A stretch of 31,824 nucleotides of DNA from Candidatus Brocadiales bacterium (lineage in GTDB: Bacteria > Planctomycetota > Brocadiia > Brocadiales > Bathyanammoxibiaceae), in NCBI GenBank assembly GCA_030586765.1, contig JAUQZZ010000003.1, positions 1-31,824 on the forward strand. The letters are read 5' to 3'. The number at the start of each line of letters is the position of its first letter. Positions within the stretch are counted from its first letter, which is position 1. Position numbers and translations under genes: made by a program. The notes beneath the pieces were generated by a model. The model saw nothing but the letters and a program-made list of their open reading frames with translations. It searched no databases and had not been told where the DNA came from. Positions 18,863 to 26,628 of this stretch are shown here, piece after piece.

Positions 18863-19802
18863 TAGTCTGGCTTAGAACAGCCTCTAAGGTGCCCACAGTT
18901 TCTATGTTTCTTGTTGTCCTACTTGGGTCTATCCTATGAAGTAGTCCTGAGAGTACCTTCCCTGGCCCAACTTCATAAAACTCCTCCACCCCGTCCTTGA
19001 GGAGGTTTTCCATCGATTCAGTCCAGCGTACAGGACTGGTAAGTTGGGCAAGGAGGACATTCCTTATTTCTTCAGGTTCACTAACATATCGGGCTGTCAC
19101 ATTAGAGACCACGGGGACTGTGCTCTTATAGAATCTTGTCTTTAGGAGTTGGGGAGCCATTTTTACTTGGGCAGAGGTCATAAGGGGAGAGTGAAAGGCC
19201 CCACTTACTTTCAGGGGCATAACTGCCTTGGCCCCTCTTTTTTTTGCCAAGATTGCTGCCGCATCTATGGCCGCCTTTTCTCCAGAGATGACCACCTGGC
19301 CTGGGCAGTTATAGTTGGCAGTGCACAAGACACCGTACGCGGTGGCTTCTGCACAGACGGCCGCTACCTCTTTATCCTTTAGCCCTATGACAGAAACCAT
19401 GCCCCCAGGAACCTCCTCCGAGGCCTCCTGCATAAATTTGCCCCTCTTATAGACGAGTTCCACAGCATCCTCAAAGGCCAGGGCACCAGCAAAGACCAGT
19501 GCTGTGTATTCCCCAAGGCTGAGTCCTGCAGCGGCATGACACTCCAGGGCATCTTCACCTTTTAATGCCTTAAAGACCTCCAGGATGGCGATACTGGTTA
19601 CCAGTATGGCGGGTTGAGAGTAAAGGGTCTTATCCAGTTCTTGCTCTTTACCGTGAAAACAAACTTCGGCCAGGTCGAAACCCAAGACCTCGTTGGCCCT
19701 GCGGTAGATATTTCTAGCCTCTTGATACTGCTGGTGGAAATCTTTCCCCATGCCTACGCGGTGGGCACCCTGGCCAGGGAAGAGGAAGGCCCTCCTATTC
19801 AT
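18846..19802 (-). CDS. fabD: Malonyl-CoA:ACP transacylase
   Basis: 318 aa. Begins FLFPGQGA, with active-site GLSLGEY and the GAFHSPLM motif. Confidence 0.9.
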   Translation of the reverse strand: MNRRAFLFPGQGAHRVGMGKDFHQQYQEARNIYRRANEVLGFDLAEVCFHGKEQELDKTLYSQPAILVTSIAILEVFKALKGEDALECHAAAGLSLGEYTALVFAGALAFEDAVELVYKRGKFMQEASEEVPGGMVSVIGLKDKEVAAVCAEATAYGVLCTANYNCPGQVVISGEKAAIDAAAILAKKRGAKAVMPLKVSGAFHSPLMTSAQVKMAPQLLKTRFYKSTVPVVSNVTARYVSEPEEIRNVLLAQLTSPVRWTESMENLLKDGVEEFYEVGPGKVLSGLLHRIDPSRTTRNIETVGTLEAVLSQTNASIR

Positions 19803-19805
19803 TAC

Positions 19806-20798
19806 TTACCACCTTACTATGGAGGAACTCCAGGTCAACCCTCCTCCAAAGGCAGCAAGGAGGACTAGGTCTCCTGGCTTCAGTCTTCCTTCTTTCTTTG
19901 CCTCGTCTAGGGCTATGGGTATGGAGGCTGAGGAGGTATTCCCGTACTTTTCGATATTGTGGAAGATTTTTTCCCGCGGAATTTTGAGGCGCTCCATGGT
20001 GGCCTCAATGATGCGGAAGTTGCTCTGGTGCAGGATGAAGAGGCTTATATCATCTATAGTGAGGTTTGAAGAGGTTACAGTCTTGGTGATGAGTTCTGTC
20101 AGGTTAGTTATGGCCAGCTTGAATACCTCCCTTCCACGGAACTTTATATAGTGGAGGCGTTCCTGAAGGGTTTTTGTGGAGGGAGGCATTTTTGAGCCTC
20201 CTGCTGGTAAACTCAGCACATCCGTATGATTGCCATCTGCCCCCAAGAAGGTGGAGAGGATGTGCGAGCGCTTATTACCTCTTTGTAGTACAGTAGCGCC
20301 GGCCCCGTCGCCAAAGAGTATGCAGGTAGTTCTGTCCGTGTAGTCTGTTACCTTGGAAAGGCATTCGGCACCTATTACCAGTACGGTGTTCATTGCCCCT
20401 GAGTTTATGTAGTTCTGGCCTATAGAGAGGGCGTATATAAACCCTGCGCAAGCGGCCAATACATCAAAGGCCCCGGCCTTCTTTGCCCCTATCTTCTTTT
20501 GGACGTAGCAGGAGGTGGAAGGGAATAGGCTGTCAGGAGTAATAGTAGAGGTGATAATCAGGTCTACGTCTTTTGGGGATACATTGGCATCTTCCAAGGC
20601 TTTAGTTGCTGCGATGGCGGCCAAGTCTGAGGTGGCCACCCCGTCTTCTACGATGCGGCGTTCTTTTATGCCTGTACGCTTTATAATCCATTCACTACTG
20701 GTGTCCACCATCCTTTCAAGGTCATAATTGGTCAGCCTCTTGGCTGGAAGGAAAGCGCCTGTTCCTGTAATAGCAGCTCTATTATTATTTTCTTTCAT
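19806..20798 (-). CDS. fabH: Beta-ketoacyl-ACP synthase III
   Basis: 330 aa. Has the AACAGF active-site Cys context, HQSN, a GNTSSASIP tail motif and a W at the C-terminus. Confidence 0.9.
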   Translation of the reverse strand: MKENNNRAAITGTGAFLPAKRLTNYDLERMVDTSSEWIIKRTGIKERRIVEDGVATSDLAAIAATKALEDANVSPKDVDLIITSTITPDSLFPSTSCYVQKKIGAKKAGAFDVLAACAGFIYALSIGQNYINSGAMNTVLVIGAECLSKVTDYTDRTTCILFGDGAGATVLQRGNKRSHILSTFLGADGNHTDVLSLPAGGSKMPPSTKTLQERLHYIKFRGREVFKLAITNLTELITKTVTSSNLTIDDISLFILHQSNFRIIEATMERLKIPREKIFHNIEKYGNTSSASIPIALDEAKKEGRLKPGDLVLLAAFGGGLTWSSSIVRW

Positions 20799-20828
20799 AA
20801 CGCTCCTTGTAACTGGAACCTTGAGTGC

Positions 20829-21872
20829 TTAGTTGACTTCCTTGGCTACAGAGTATTCCACAACGGCGCCTTGAGGAAGACCACAAGCTTCTAATTCTGA
20901 GGTGATGTGGCTATTCACATGGTGTTTGCCGAATTCCAGGGCCTCTCTTATGGCGTTTTGTATGGCCTTTGCGTCAGACCTACCGTGGGAGATGATGCAG
21001 ATGCCATCTACACCCAGGAGGGGTACTCCTCCATACTCAGAATAATCCATCCTATTCCATAGTCTCCGGAGTGCAGGTCTGAGGAGCTTTAGCCCTAACC
21101 TGGTCCGGAGGCCCTTAGAGGCCTCTATCTCTATGGCGGCCACTAGGTTTTCCGCTAGACCTTCGGCAAACTTGATGAGGACATTGCCCACGAAACCTTC
21201 ACACACGACTATGTCGAACTTGCCCTCGAAGATGTCTAGACCTTCGGAGTTACCCACAAAGTCCAGGGGGGAGCTATTCAATAGATTATAGACCTGCTTA
21301 ACAAGGTCATTCCCTTTGCTATCTTCCTGGCCTATATTCAGGAGCCCTATTCTGGGCTCTTTGACTCCAAGGAGGTACTTAGTATAGACCGAGCTCATCA
21401 CCGCATACTGCAATAAATGGATAGGCTTGCATTTTAAGTTAGCCCCTACGTCCACCACTACGCACCTGCCGTGACGCGTTGGGATGGTGGCGGCAATACA
21501 GGGCCTTTTGACCCCTTTGAGCATCTTTAGATACATGGTACTAGCAGCCACAGTAGCACCGGTATTACCAGCGCTTACCAGGGCCTCTGCCTCTCCACTG
21601 GCTACTAGTTCTACGGACTTGGTGATAGAGGAGTTTCCCTTCTTTCTTAGGGCTGCTACCCCAGGCTCGTCCATTCCTACCACCTGTGCGGCATGCCTGA
21701 TGAATATATTATTTGGACGAGGCGAATAGTTCCTAAGGAGTTCACCAATTTCTTTTTCATTACCAACTAAGATTATCTCAGCAGTCTTAAATTTATTTGC
21801 TGCCTGCACTGCTCCCTTAACGATCTCCATGGGTGCACGGTCTCCACCCATGGCATCAACAGCTATTCTCAT
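20829..21872 (-). CDS. plsX: Phosphate acyltransferase PlsX
   Basis: 347 aa. Begins MRIAVDAMGGD and contains SAGNTGA. It sits between rpmF and fabH, as expected. Confidence 0.9.
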   Translation of the reverse strand: MRIAVDAMGGDRAPMEIVKGAVQAANKFKTAEIILVGNEKEIGELLRNYSPRPNNIFIRHAAQVVGMDEPGVAALRKKGNSSITKSVELVASGEAEALVSAGNTGATVAASTMYLKMLKGVKRPCIAATIPTRHGRCVVVDVGANLKCKPIHLLQYAVMSSVYTKYLLGVKEPRIGLLNIGQEDSKGNDLVKQVYNLLNSSPLDFVGNSEGLDIFEGKFDIVVCEGFVGNVLIKFAEGLAENLVAAIEIEASKGLRTRLGLKLLRPALRRLWNRMDYSEYGGVPLLGVDGICIISHGRSDAKAIQNAIREALEFGKHHVNSHITSELEACGLPQGAVVEYSVAKEVN

Positions 21873-21873
21873 C

Positions 21874-22104
21874 TCAGACCCTTTCTACAGCGACCATCTG
21901 CCTCCCACGATAGTAGCCACAGTTGTGGCATATAGAGTGGGATAACTTTACGTGCTTACAGTGTGGACAGATAAAACGTTTGGAAAGATTGCCAGAACTT
22001 CTCTGTATAATATGAAAGCTTGGGATATTAGGGGGCTCAAGGCTGTCATGAGCGCGCCTTTTTCCTGTTCTAGAATTAGAGTGTCTTCTTTTGGGATTGG
22101 GCAT
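21874..22104 (-). CDS. rpmF: 50S ribosomal protein L32 (zinc-ribbon form, with an internal insertion)
   Basis: The ORF-track frame is 21874..22155. I chose ATG 22104, which has an AAGGAG SD 6 nt upstream. It gives MPNPKRRHSNSRTGKRRAHD..., then CPHC...CHNCGYYRGRQ. The longer TTG start would add a hydrophobic leader that is not L32-like. Confidence 0.85.
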   Translation of the reverse strand: MPNPKRRHSNSRTGKRRAHDSLEPPNIPSFHIIQRSSGNLSKRFICPHCKHVKLSHSICHNCGYYRGRQMVAVERV

Positions 22105-22134
22105 TACAAACTCCTTAAAGATTAAAGCACTAAA

Positions 22135-22183
22135 GGGAAGAAAAAGGAAGAGCAAGAGACATTTTTACTTCCTTCTCCTTCCC
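22135..22183 (-). promoter_or_regulatory. Long hairpin in the rpmF 5' leader (possible attenuator or translational control element)
   Basis: In the minus-strand RNA, GGGAAGGAGAAGGAAG (22183-22168) pairs with CUUCCUUUUUCUUCCC (22150-22135). All 16 pairs are Watson-Crick or G-U, with a 17-nt loop. It is followed by UUUAGUGCUUUAAUCUUU and then the SD. Confidence 0.4.
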
Positions 22184-22195
22184 TAATGTTATTCC

Positions 22196-22224
22196 ATTAT
22201 AATTATTATACTTACGTATTTCAA
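22196..22224 (-). promoter_or_regulatory. Sigma70-type promoter P2 of the rpmF-plsX-fab operon
   Basis: Minus strand reads TTGAAA (22224-22219), a 17-nt spacer, then TATAAT (22201-22196). Confidence 0.5.
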
Positions 22225-22242
22225 CCCCCCACAGGACGGCGT

Positions 22243-22271
22243 ATTCTATTGCCCCTTGGTTTTTTTGTCAA
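22243..22271 (-). promoter_or_regulatory. Sigma70-type promoter P1 of the rpmF-plsX-fab operon
   Basis: Minus strand reads TTGACA (22271-22266), a 17-nt spacer, then TAGAAT (22248-22243). Confidence 0.5.
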
Positions 22272-22346
22272 GGGAAATCTAACTATTATTTTCCTGATAG
22301 AGGATACTAGTTAGATGAGCTCCCACAGTTCTTTTCCACCGGTTGC

Positions 22347-22865
22347 TTATTTCAGGAGGATGAGCCCAAAGTACTTCACGTATTCGCCCTTCCTTTCTAG
22401 GAAGTTGACCTCAAGGCCATTATTTCTTACGGTTTGGAAGACATCTATTCCGCAGGCCTCCATAGATGGCCTGGCCTTATAAGGCAGTAGGCAGGGCCCT
22501 TCTTCTGGACACTTAGTACACAAGGGGCAGGGCCCAGCCCCCAGGGCAAGGGCCTTATGGTATCCACCAATATTGGCCTCCAGCTCCAGTTTTAGAAGCA
22601 TTTCCTTAAAATCCTTCCCTGGTGGCTGGCCTTCCACTAGGAGGCTATACTTGTAGTAGCCCAGTATCTCTTTGGTCTCTTTATAGTGCGGGGCGAAAGG
22701 TGGACAGGTCTTGGACCTGCCATAATGTGGACATCCGAAACGACATTTAAGTTGTACCCAGGGCTCCACCACTACACTATCAATAGGTATTATCTTTGCC
22801 TCGGTGGCCCCCAGGCGTATTGCCTCATCACACAGAACGCTTATCGGCTCTATTTTTGTCCTCAC
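22347..22865 (-). CDS. DUF2284-family predicted metal-binding protein
   Basis: 172 aa with a GTG start. The Cys pattern CRFGCPHYGRSKTCPP ... CPLCTKCPEEGPC ... ACGIDV matches DUF2284 as I remember it. Function unknown. Confidence 0.7.
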   Translation of the reverse strand: MRTKIEPISVLCDEAIRLGATEAKIIPIDSVVVEPWVQLKCRFGCPHYGRSKTCPPFAPHYKETKEILGYYKYSLLVEGQPPGKDFKEMLLKLELEANIGGYHKALALGAGPCPLCTKCPEEGPCLLPYKARPSMEACGIDVFQTVRNNGLEVNFLERKGEYVKYFGLILLK

Positions 22866-22956
22866 TTTATTCTCTCTTTCAAAAGGGGCTGTATCTAGCG
22901 AGTAGATTAACTAATCAGATACCAACAACAGAACATGCTGTCAACTAAAATTGGGT

Positions 22957-22985
22957 TTGACCCCTGCTAGGTGGTGTGATAGTAT
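22957..22985 (+). promoter_or_regulatory. Sigma70-type promoter of lpxD (with extended -10)
   Basis: TTGACC (22957-22962), a 17-nt spacer, then TAGTAT (22980-22985) preceded by TGa. It lies 42 nt upstream of ATG 23027, which has an AGGAGG SD. Confidence 0.5.
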
Positions 22986-23026
22986 TGGTCCTAAATTGTT
23001 AGGTCCAGGGTTATTAGGAGGCCGAC

Positions 23027-24070
23027 ATGGAATATACCTTAAGCCAGATATGTTCCATCACTGGTGGCAGACTGGTGGGGGATGGTAGTGTGAGGATTAC
23101 AGGGGTGGGAAGCCTGGAGGGGGCCAGGCCAGGGGACATTTCTTTTGTAAAGGGAGAAGGGTTAGTAAAGAAGGCCTTAAATACCAGGGCCTCTGCCCTT
23201 CTTTCCCATAGGGATATACCTGAATTGGCCAGACCTCTCATTATATCTGATAACCCCTTTCTGGCCTTTGTGAGGCTTCTGGAGGTGGTTGCCAAGGAGA
23301 AGGTCGGGCAGCCCATGGGAGTCCACCCCTCAGCCCTTGTCTCTAAGGGTGCCTCTATTGGCAAGGATGTTTCCGTAGGAGCCTATAGCGTCGTTGAAGA
23401 GGGGGCAGTGATAGGGGACCGAGTTACCATATACCCTCTTGTTTATATTGGGCGGGGCTCTAAGGTGGGAGAGGATACGGTTATCTACCCACAGGTTTCC
23501 GTAAGGGAAGAGGTGATTATCGGGCGGAGGGTAGTAATCCATTCGGGCACCGTTATAGGTGGGGACGGTTTTGGCTATCTTCAGGTAAAGGGACGCCACG
23601 TGAAGATACCCCAGGTGGGGACGGTAGAGATTGGTGATGATGTGGAGATAGGGTCTAATGTTACCGTTGCTCGGTCCACCCTGGATAAGACAGTGATAGG
23701 CCGTGGCGTAAAGATAGACAACCATTCTCATGTGGCCCATAACGTAATTATAGGTGAGGATTCTATGCTCATTGCCTACGCAAAGATTGCAGGGGGGGCC
23801 GTTGTGGGTAAGAAGGTGATGATAGCAGAGGATGTAGGCATAACCGACCACGCAGTGATAGGAGATGGCTGCACCATTGGCGGTGGCTCCAATGTGTACA
23901 AGAGCCTTCCCCCTGGCGCCATTGTGTGGGGTTCACCTGCAAAACCTATGATGGAGGAGAAGAGACTCCAAGCCCTTTTGAGAAAACTCCCATCTATGCG
24001 AGAGGGCCTCAAGCAGATATATAAAAGGTTAAAAGAAAAAGGGGTATTAGAAGAGGATTTAAAGATATAG
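23027..24070 (+). CDS. lpxD: UDP-3-O-acylglucosamine N-acyltransferase
   Basis: 347 aa. Has an N-terminal uridine-binding-like domain, a long left-handed beta-helix of hexapeptide repeats (IGDRVTIYPLVYIG..., IGDDVEIGSNVTV...) and a C-terminal helix. Confidence 0.9.
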   Translation: MEYTLSQICSITGGRLVGDGSVRITGVGSLEGARPGDISFVKGEGLVKKALNTRASALLSHRDIPELARPLIISDNPFLAFVRLLEVVAKEKVGQPMGVHPSALVSKGASIGKDVSVGAYSVVEEGAVIGDRVTIYPLVYIGRGSKVGEDTVIYPQVSVREEVIIGRRVVIHSGTVIGGDGFGYLQVKGRHVKIPQVGTVEIGDDVEIGSNVTVARSTLDKTVIGRGVKIDNHSHVAHNVIIGEDSMLIAYAKIAGGAVVGKKVMIAEDVGITDHAVIGDGCTIGGGSNVYKSLPPGAIVWGSPAKPMMEEKRLQALLRKLPSMREGLKQIYKRLKEKGVLEEDLKI

Positions 24071-24097
24071 TCTCCTAATACCCCTCTAGGATTTTTT
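24031..24097. terminator. Convergent (bidirectional) intrinsic terminator shared by lpxD and fbp
   Basis: GGGGTATTAG (24041-24050) pairs with CTAATACCCC (24075-24084), and 3 more pairs follow after one mismatch. On the minus strand the stem is followed directly by TTTTTCTTTT (24040-24031). On the plus strand a T6 run (24092-24097) follows 7 nt later. Confidence 0.5.
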
Positions 24098-24109
24098 AGA
24101 AGAAAGTCT

Positions 24110-25246
24110 CTAGTTTCCTACCTCGACTGGTTCCTTAGCGGCTTCCCTTACCACAAAGCGCTTCTCCAGCTTCTTCATCTTCTCTACTATTCCACCGTAT
24201 TCTAGCTCTTCGTAGTGGAGCATAGCTGGGCCAGAGAAGCCCTGGCGTCTTATCTCTGTGGCCTTGAGGGATACGTTTTGTCTGACCCAATCCCAGTAGG
24301 GATGGTCAAAGGCATCGGCAGGCTCGGTGAGCTTACCGTTACGGACGCAGAAGGCTGCGCAGGTAACCACTACTGGTCCATCAAAGTAGGAGATGGTTGT
24401 GTTGAGCTTGCAGGGCATCATTGGGCCTACGTGGCTGCCCCTCATGGTCCCTGCTGCGTAGTGGCCTATACTATAAGGGGAGAGCACCTCGCCCGTAGCG
24501 GGGAACTGTGCCTGAACCCTCACCAGCATTACAGGGTCGTCCTTCCCTGTGTATTTTCCTGCTATGTTGTGGAGCCTCTGGGTGCTGGCTACTACTGCCT
24601 GGTCGCCGGTACTTCTTGACCAGATAGATTCTACGACAAATCTGGAGTTATCCCTGAGCAGGGCGGCTATGTCATAGGTGTCCTCTGGGGAACAGAGTTC
24701 TATTATACGGTCCCCTTCAGTGTAGTTTACGTCCATAATTACGAACCTGAATCCCTTAGCCATAGAGGGGCTGAGCATAAGACCAGGGCAATGCATAATG
24801 TCTGCAAAGCCTAGGAAAAGTGGGAGATTGTAGGCCCCTGGCTCGGTCTTATCTGCGGCAAAGAAGAGGAAGGGTTCATTAGGTCTCTCCTCTATCTCCA
24901 TCTCTGCCACAGAAGGTCCCAGACCCTTCACGTTTCCAGAGAAGGCGTCCTTTAAGAGGTCTTGGCCTGCACCGTAAAGACCCTGCTCCTTGGCCACCTT
25001 GGTTCCAGCTACAAAGGCATTCCAGGCTAGCCTATGGATATCCTCGTTAAGCCTACCCCTGGTGTGGGTCATTAGTATGGCTATATCATCGCCAGTGGAA
25101 CTGATGTACGAATCTATTAAAAGGCCCTTTCTAGTGCCGTTAGCCTCTATATGGTCCCTCACCGTCTTCATCAACTGGGCACTGGGCTTGATGTGTCCAC
25201 CAATACTGCCTACATCGGCCTTAATTACACTGAGGGTCATTTTCAT
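24110..25246 (-). CDS. fbp: Bifunctional fructose-1,6-bisphosphate aldolase/phosphatase (class V FBPase)
   Basis: 378 aa. The N-terminus MKMTLSVIKADVGSIGGH and overall length match the archaeal/deep-branching bacterial FBP aldolase/phosphatase family. Confidence 0.9.
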   Translation of the reverse strand: MKMTLSVIKADVGSIGGHIKPSAQLMKTVRDHIEANGTRKGLLIDSYISSTGDDIAILMTHTRGRLNEDIHRLAWNAFVAGTKVAKEQGLYGAGQDLLKDAFSGNVKGLGPSVAEMEIEERPNEPFLFFAADKTEPGAYNLPLFLGFADIMHCPGLMLSPSMAKGFRFVIMDVNYTEGDRIIELCSPEDTYDIAALLRDNSRFVVESIWSRSTGDQAVVASTQRLHNIAGKYTGKDDPVMLVRVQAQFPATGEVLSPYSIGHYAAGTMRGSHVGPMMPCKLNTTISYFDGPVVVTCAAFCVRNGKLTEPADAFDHPYWDWVRQNVSLKATEIRRQGFSGPAMLHYEELEYGGIVEKMKKLEKRFVVREAAKEPVEVGN

Positions 25247-25319
25247 TTTCTATCTCCCACAAATGCCTGTATGCTGTATGAATTCTTTCTCCTGGTTGGT
25301 TATGTAAAGAGGACAACTT

Positions 25320-25347
25320 ATTATACTTATGTAATCTTAAAAATCAA
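25320..25347 (-). promoter_or_regulatory. Sigma70-type promoter of fbp
   Basis: Minus strand reads TTGATT (25347-25342), a 16-nt spacer, then TATAAT (25325-25320), about 70 nt upstream of ATG 25246, which has a GGGAG SD. Confidence 0.5.
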
Positions 25348-25415
25348 CCCATATTTTGCCCTTTCATTATTTTATTGACAAGGGAATCCCACGGCTGGTA
25401 GGTTTAGGCGGGATT

Positions 25416-26213
25416 ATGAGGCAGACAGCCAAGGAAACAAATTTCATAAAGTTTTTGGGCACAGCTGGGGCACGCTTTGTGGTATCTACCCAGCTCAGGG
25501 CCTCGGGAGGTGTGTGGTTCTCCCTGGACGGGGTAAATATCCTGGGAGACCCAGGGCCAGGGAGCTTGGTGCGCTGTGTTTCCAGCAGGCCAAAGCTCAA
25601 CCCTGCCCATCTGGACGCTATTATTGTAACCCACAGACACCTGGACCACTGCGGGGATGTAAATATAATGATAGAGGCCATGACAGAAGGGGGTACAAAG
25701 AAGAAGGGTGTCCTCTTCGCCCCAAGGCAGGCCCTGGAGGAAGACCCTGTAGTATTTCTCTATATACGGAAGTTTTTGGAAAAGATAGAGGTACTCAAGG
25801 AGGGAGGGACCTACAGGGTGAAGGATATATCCTTTTCCACCCCCCTCAAGCACCAGCACCCAGCAGAGACCTACGGGATAAACTTCCAGACCTCCCGATG
25901 CACGATATCCTGGGTAGTGGACACCTGCTTCTTCCCCGACCTCCTCAAACATTACAGGGGGGATGTCCTTATTCTGAATGCCGTGAGGTTTAAGGATGAA
26001 AACGACAAAGAAAAGGGCATATATCATCTTAATTTTGACGACATCAAGGGGATGGTCAAGGAGCTAAAACCCAGGCTGACCATCCTCACCCACTTTGGCA
26101 TGAAGATGCTCCATGCCCGCCCCCATGAGCTGGCCATGCAACTCTCTAATGAAATAGGCTGCAAGGTACTTGCAGCCAGTGACGGGATGAGAGTGGATTT
26201 AACTCAGCTTTAA
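25416..26213 (+). CDS. MBL-fold metallo-hydrolase
   Basis: Frame of ORF 25356..26213. The start is moved to ATG 25416 because a TTGACA box (25375-25380) lies inside the TTG-extended version. Contains the HxHxDH motif THRHLDHCGD and begins FIKFLGTAG. Substrate unknown. Confidence 0.75.
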   Translation: MRQTAKETNFIKFLGTAGARFVVSTQLRASGGVWFSLDGVNILGDPGPGSLVRCVSSRPKLNPAHLDAIIVTHRHLDHCGDVNIMIEAMTEGGTKKKGVLFAPRQALEEDPVVFLYIRKFLEKIEVLKEGGTYRVKDISFSTPLKHQHPAETYGINFQTSRCTISWVVDTCFFPDLLKHYRGDVLILNAVRFKDENDKEKGIYHLNFDDIKGMVKELKPRLTILTHFGMKMLHARPHELAMQLSNEIGCKVLAASDGMRVDLTQL

Positions 26214-26242
26214 TTCTTTATACGGTAACAGGATTCTATTCC

Positions 26243-26271
26243 TTGACGTGTCTTTTTGGGTCTGTTATTAT
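26243..26271 (+). promoter_or_regulatory. Sigma70-type promoter of the ykgJ-like/psd pair
   Basis: TTGACG (26243-26248), a 17-nt spacer, then TATTAT (26266-26271). The AAGGAG SD at 26284-26289 and ATG 26296 follow. Confidence 0.5.
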
Positions 26272-26295
26272 CTCCTTAACTTAAAGGAGATAGGC

Positions 26296-26628
26296 ATGGC
26301 GAGGGGAAGGTTAAGTTATCTCTGGCAAAAGCTGGAGGAGGGTTGGGGCAAGCTTCGGAGATTTTATCTCGTCCACTATAGAGAAGACTACGTCCAGGGC
26401 CAAGTGCGATGGAGGCAGGGTGCTTGCCGGCGCTGTGGGAGTTGCTGCAGAATTATGTTTCGCTGTCCCCACCTCATTACTGAAAACCAGTGCTCCATCT
26501 ACTACTGCCGCTATAAACAGTGTAAGGCCTTTCCCATAGATGACCGAGACCTAAAATATCTCAGGCATACCTGCGGATTCTCTTTCTTAAGGCCAAAAGA
26601 GGCAAGGTTTACACAGAGGGCATCATGA
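26296..26628 (+). CDS. YkgJ-family CxxCxxCC cysteine-cluster (Zn/Fe-chelating) protein
   Basis: Frame of ORF 26248..26628, with the start moved to the SD-preceded ATG 26296 (110 aa). Contains CRRCGSCC ... CSIYYCRYKQCKAFP, the YkgJ/UPF0153-type pattern. Its stop overlaps the psd start (ATGA). Confidence 0.6.
   Translation: MARGRLSYLWQKLEEGWGKLRRFYLVHYREDYVQGQVRWRQGACRRCGSCCRIMFRCPHLITENQCSIYYCRYKQCKAFPIDDRDLKYLRHTCGFSFLRPKEARFTQRAS

Noticed and set aside
22130-22162. 10-codon mini-ORF (MSLALPFSSL) starting in the loop of the rpmF leader hairpin
   Set aside because: It is too short to support from sequence alone and could be fortuitous. It is mentioned only as context for the leader finding.
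23330-23851. 173-aa minus-strand ORF inside lpxD
   Set aside because: The open antisense frame is produced by the periodic hexapeptide-repeat codons of LpxD. There are no start signals or motifs.
25404-26027. Two long alternative-frame ORFs over the MBL gene (207 aa on the minus strand, and 159 aa on the plus strand at 25514-25993)
   Set aside because: Only the 25416-26213 frame carries a recognisable motif (THRHLDHCGD) and a sensible N-terminus. The others are Pro/Gly/Arg-rich with no features.
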